Shown here: positions 62,427-64,000 of the stretch, one piece after another
Layout: the number at the start of each line of letters is the position of its first letter
Numbering within the stretch: the first letter of the stretch is position 1
Assembly: GCA_963745835.1 (NCBI GenBank)
Contig: CAVUZH010000005.1
Location: 64,001-128,000, forward strand
Length of the DNA: 64,000 nt
DNA from: an uncultured delta proteobacterium
Lineage (GTDB): Bacteria > Desulfobacterota > Binatia > UBA9968
Direction: 5' to 3'
The notes under the pieces: generated by a model
What the model saw: the letters and a program-made list of their open reading frames with translations, nothing else
Told to the model about the DNA's origin: nothing
Databases searched by the model: none
Position numbers and translations under genes: made by a program

Positions 62427-64000
62427 TCAGCTCTCTTGGCGGTGCTTGGCCGGCCCTGTTGCTCGCGAAAGATTATAAGCGGTATTCACCAGTGAGATAT
62501 GGCTGAATGCTTGGGGAAAATTACCGAGGAGCCGTCGTGTTCCCGGATCGTATTCTTCGGACAGCAACCCCACGTCATTGCGCAGCTCCAGAAGCCGCTC
62601 GAAGAGTTTTAAAGCATCCTCTTGTCGGCCGAGCATCGCAAAATTATCCACCAGCCAAAAAGTGCAGGCGAGAAAGGCCGCCTCGCCTGGCGGCAGGCCA
62701 TCGACGTGTTCTTTTGTCGGATAGCGCAAGACGAAACCGTCGATCACCAAGTCGCGCTCGATAGCCTCGACCGTGCCTTTTACGCGCGGGTCGCTGGCCG
62801 GCAGAAATCCCACCAGCGGTATCATCAAGAGACTCGCATCGAGATCTTTCCCGCCGTAATACTGCACGAAGGTATTGCTTTCGCGATCGAAGCCCTTGTG
62901 AAAAATTTCCTGTCGCATGGTCTCGCGAAGGGCCCGCCAGCGTTCCACCGGCCCCTCCAGACCAAAGCGCTCGACCCCCTTGATCATGCGGTCCACGGCA
63001 ACCCAGGCCATGATTTTGGAGTGCGTGAAATGCCGGCGTGGGCCGCGCATTTCCCAAATTCCTTCATCGGGTTCGCGCCAGCAGGTTTCGAGAAAATCCA
63101 TCAGCGCGCGCTGCACGCGCCAGGCATTTTCATTGGCGTCCAGTCCGGCGCGCCGCGCCAGGTGCATGGTGTCCATCAACTCGCCGTAGACATCCAGCTG
63201 GAATTGTTGCCATGCCGCGTTGCCGGTCCGGACCGGAGCCGAGCCCTCGTAGCCCGGCAGCCAGGCTAATTCCATCTCGGTCAATCTGCGCTCGCCCGCC
63301 AAGCCGTACATAATATTGAGCTGTGACGGTTTGCCCGCCACCGCCCGGAGCAGCCACTCTCGCCAGGCGCAGGCTTCATCGGTGTAACCCGCCAGCATCA
63401 AAGCATACAACGTAAACGTGGCATCTCGCACCCAACAATAACGATAGTCCCAATTGCGCACGCCGCCGAGCTGTTCGGGAAGCGAGGTGGTCGGCGCCGC
63501 GACGATGCCACCCGTAGGCGCATAGGTGAGCGCTTTGAGCGTGATTAGCGATCGCAAGACGGCCTCGCGCCATGGTCCGGAGTAGGTGCAGCGGTTCGAC
63601 CAATCTTTCCACCAAGCTTCGGTGTGCGAGATAACTTCCTCCGCATTGATCATTGAAGGGGTGTCCTCATAGGAGGGATGCCACATCAGCACGAACGGAA
63701 CTCGCTCACCTTCAGATACGGTAAACTCAGCTTCGGTCCGGAAATTTTCGCCACGCAGTGGCACCGCGGTCTGCAGGTCCAAAGTATCGGGCCCGCCCAC
63801 TGCGCGAATTCCATACTCGGTACGGCGCACCCAGGGCACAATCGAGCCGTAGTCGAAACGGATGATGAGCTGCATTTGCATGCGCACTTTGCCGCGTCTG
63901 CCGATCACCATGCGCACCAGATCCGGTTCTTGACTGCGCGGCGGCATGCAATCGATCAAGGTGACGGCGCCGTCGTCGGTCTCATAATCGGTTTCAAGCA
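62427..64000 (-). CDS. Glycoside hydrolase family 15 (trehalase/glucoamylase-like), start beyond the window
   Basis: GIVAAPTTSLPE..RNWDYRYCWVRD, QLDVYGE, GIWEMR, LLSEEYD, GNFPQAFSH. Confidence 0.92.
   Translation of the reverse strand, partial: LETDYETDDGAVTLIDCMPPRSQEPDLVRMVIGRRGKVRMQMQLIIRFDYGSIVPWVRRTEYGIRAVGGPDTLDLQTAVPLRGENFRTEAEFTVSEGERVPFVLMWHPSYEDTPSMINAEEVISHTEAWWKDWSNRCTYSGPWREAVLRSLITLKALTYAPTGGIVAAPTTSLPEQLGGVRNWDYRYCWVRDATFTLYALMLAGYTDEACAWREWLLRAVAGKPSQLNIMYGLAGERRLTEMELAWLPGYEGSAPVRTGNAAWQQFQLDVYGELMDTMHLARRAGLDANENAWRVQRALMDFLETCWREPDEGIWEMRGPRRHFTHSKIMAWVAVDRMIKGVERFGLEGPVERWRALRETMRQEIFHKGFDRESNTFVQYYGGKDLDASLLMIPLVGFLPASDPRVKGTVEAIERDLVIDGFVLRYPTKEHVDGLPPGEAAFLACTFWLVDNFAMLGRQEDALKLFERLLELRNDVGLLSEEYDPGTRRLLGNFPQAFSHISLVNTAYNLSRATGPAKHRQES

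Overview
Bacterial chromosomal DNA with no rRNA, tRNA, CRISPR array, integrase or transposase that I could support. The many orphan NMT1/SsuA-type substrate-binding proteins, amidohydrolases and an LLM oxidoreductase resemble 'Candidatus Binatia'/deltaproteobacterial genomes (inference only). 1-21 kb is catabolic and transport genes: amidohydrolases, SBPs, MFS, DapA-like, rhodanese/cysteine dioxygenase and tctCBA. 22.8-64 kb is largely a general-stress/desiccation island: treZ-glgX-treY, a second treZ plus amylo-alpha-1,6-glucosidase, GH15, Ku-LigD, BON, CBS, hemerythrin, DksA-BON and pyruvate oxidase. A prfC-tgt translation module interrupts it. Many genes carry indel frameshifts, most likely long-read assembly errors. 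Best leads: (1) a rhodanese-CBS gene with an in-frame UGA in a CxxxxU motif followed by a SECIS-like hairpin (probable selenoprotein); (2) a TGT fused to an MnmC-type methyltransferase, downstream of RF3 and a short leader ORF; (3) a small protein behind a sigma54-type promoter whose 3' end carries a three-hairpin RNA exposing an anti-Shine-Dalgarno loop; (4) six sigma54 -24/-12 promoters suggesting an RpoN-controlled stress regulon; (5) an orphan DnaA-box/AT-rich cluster.
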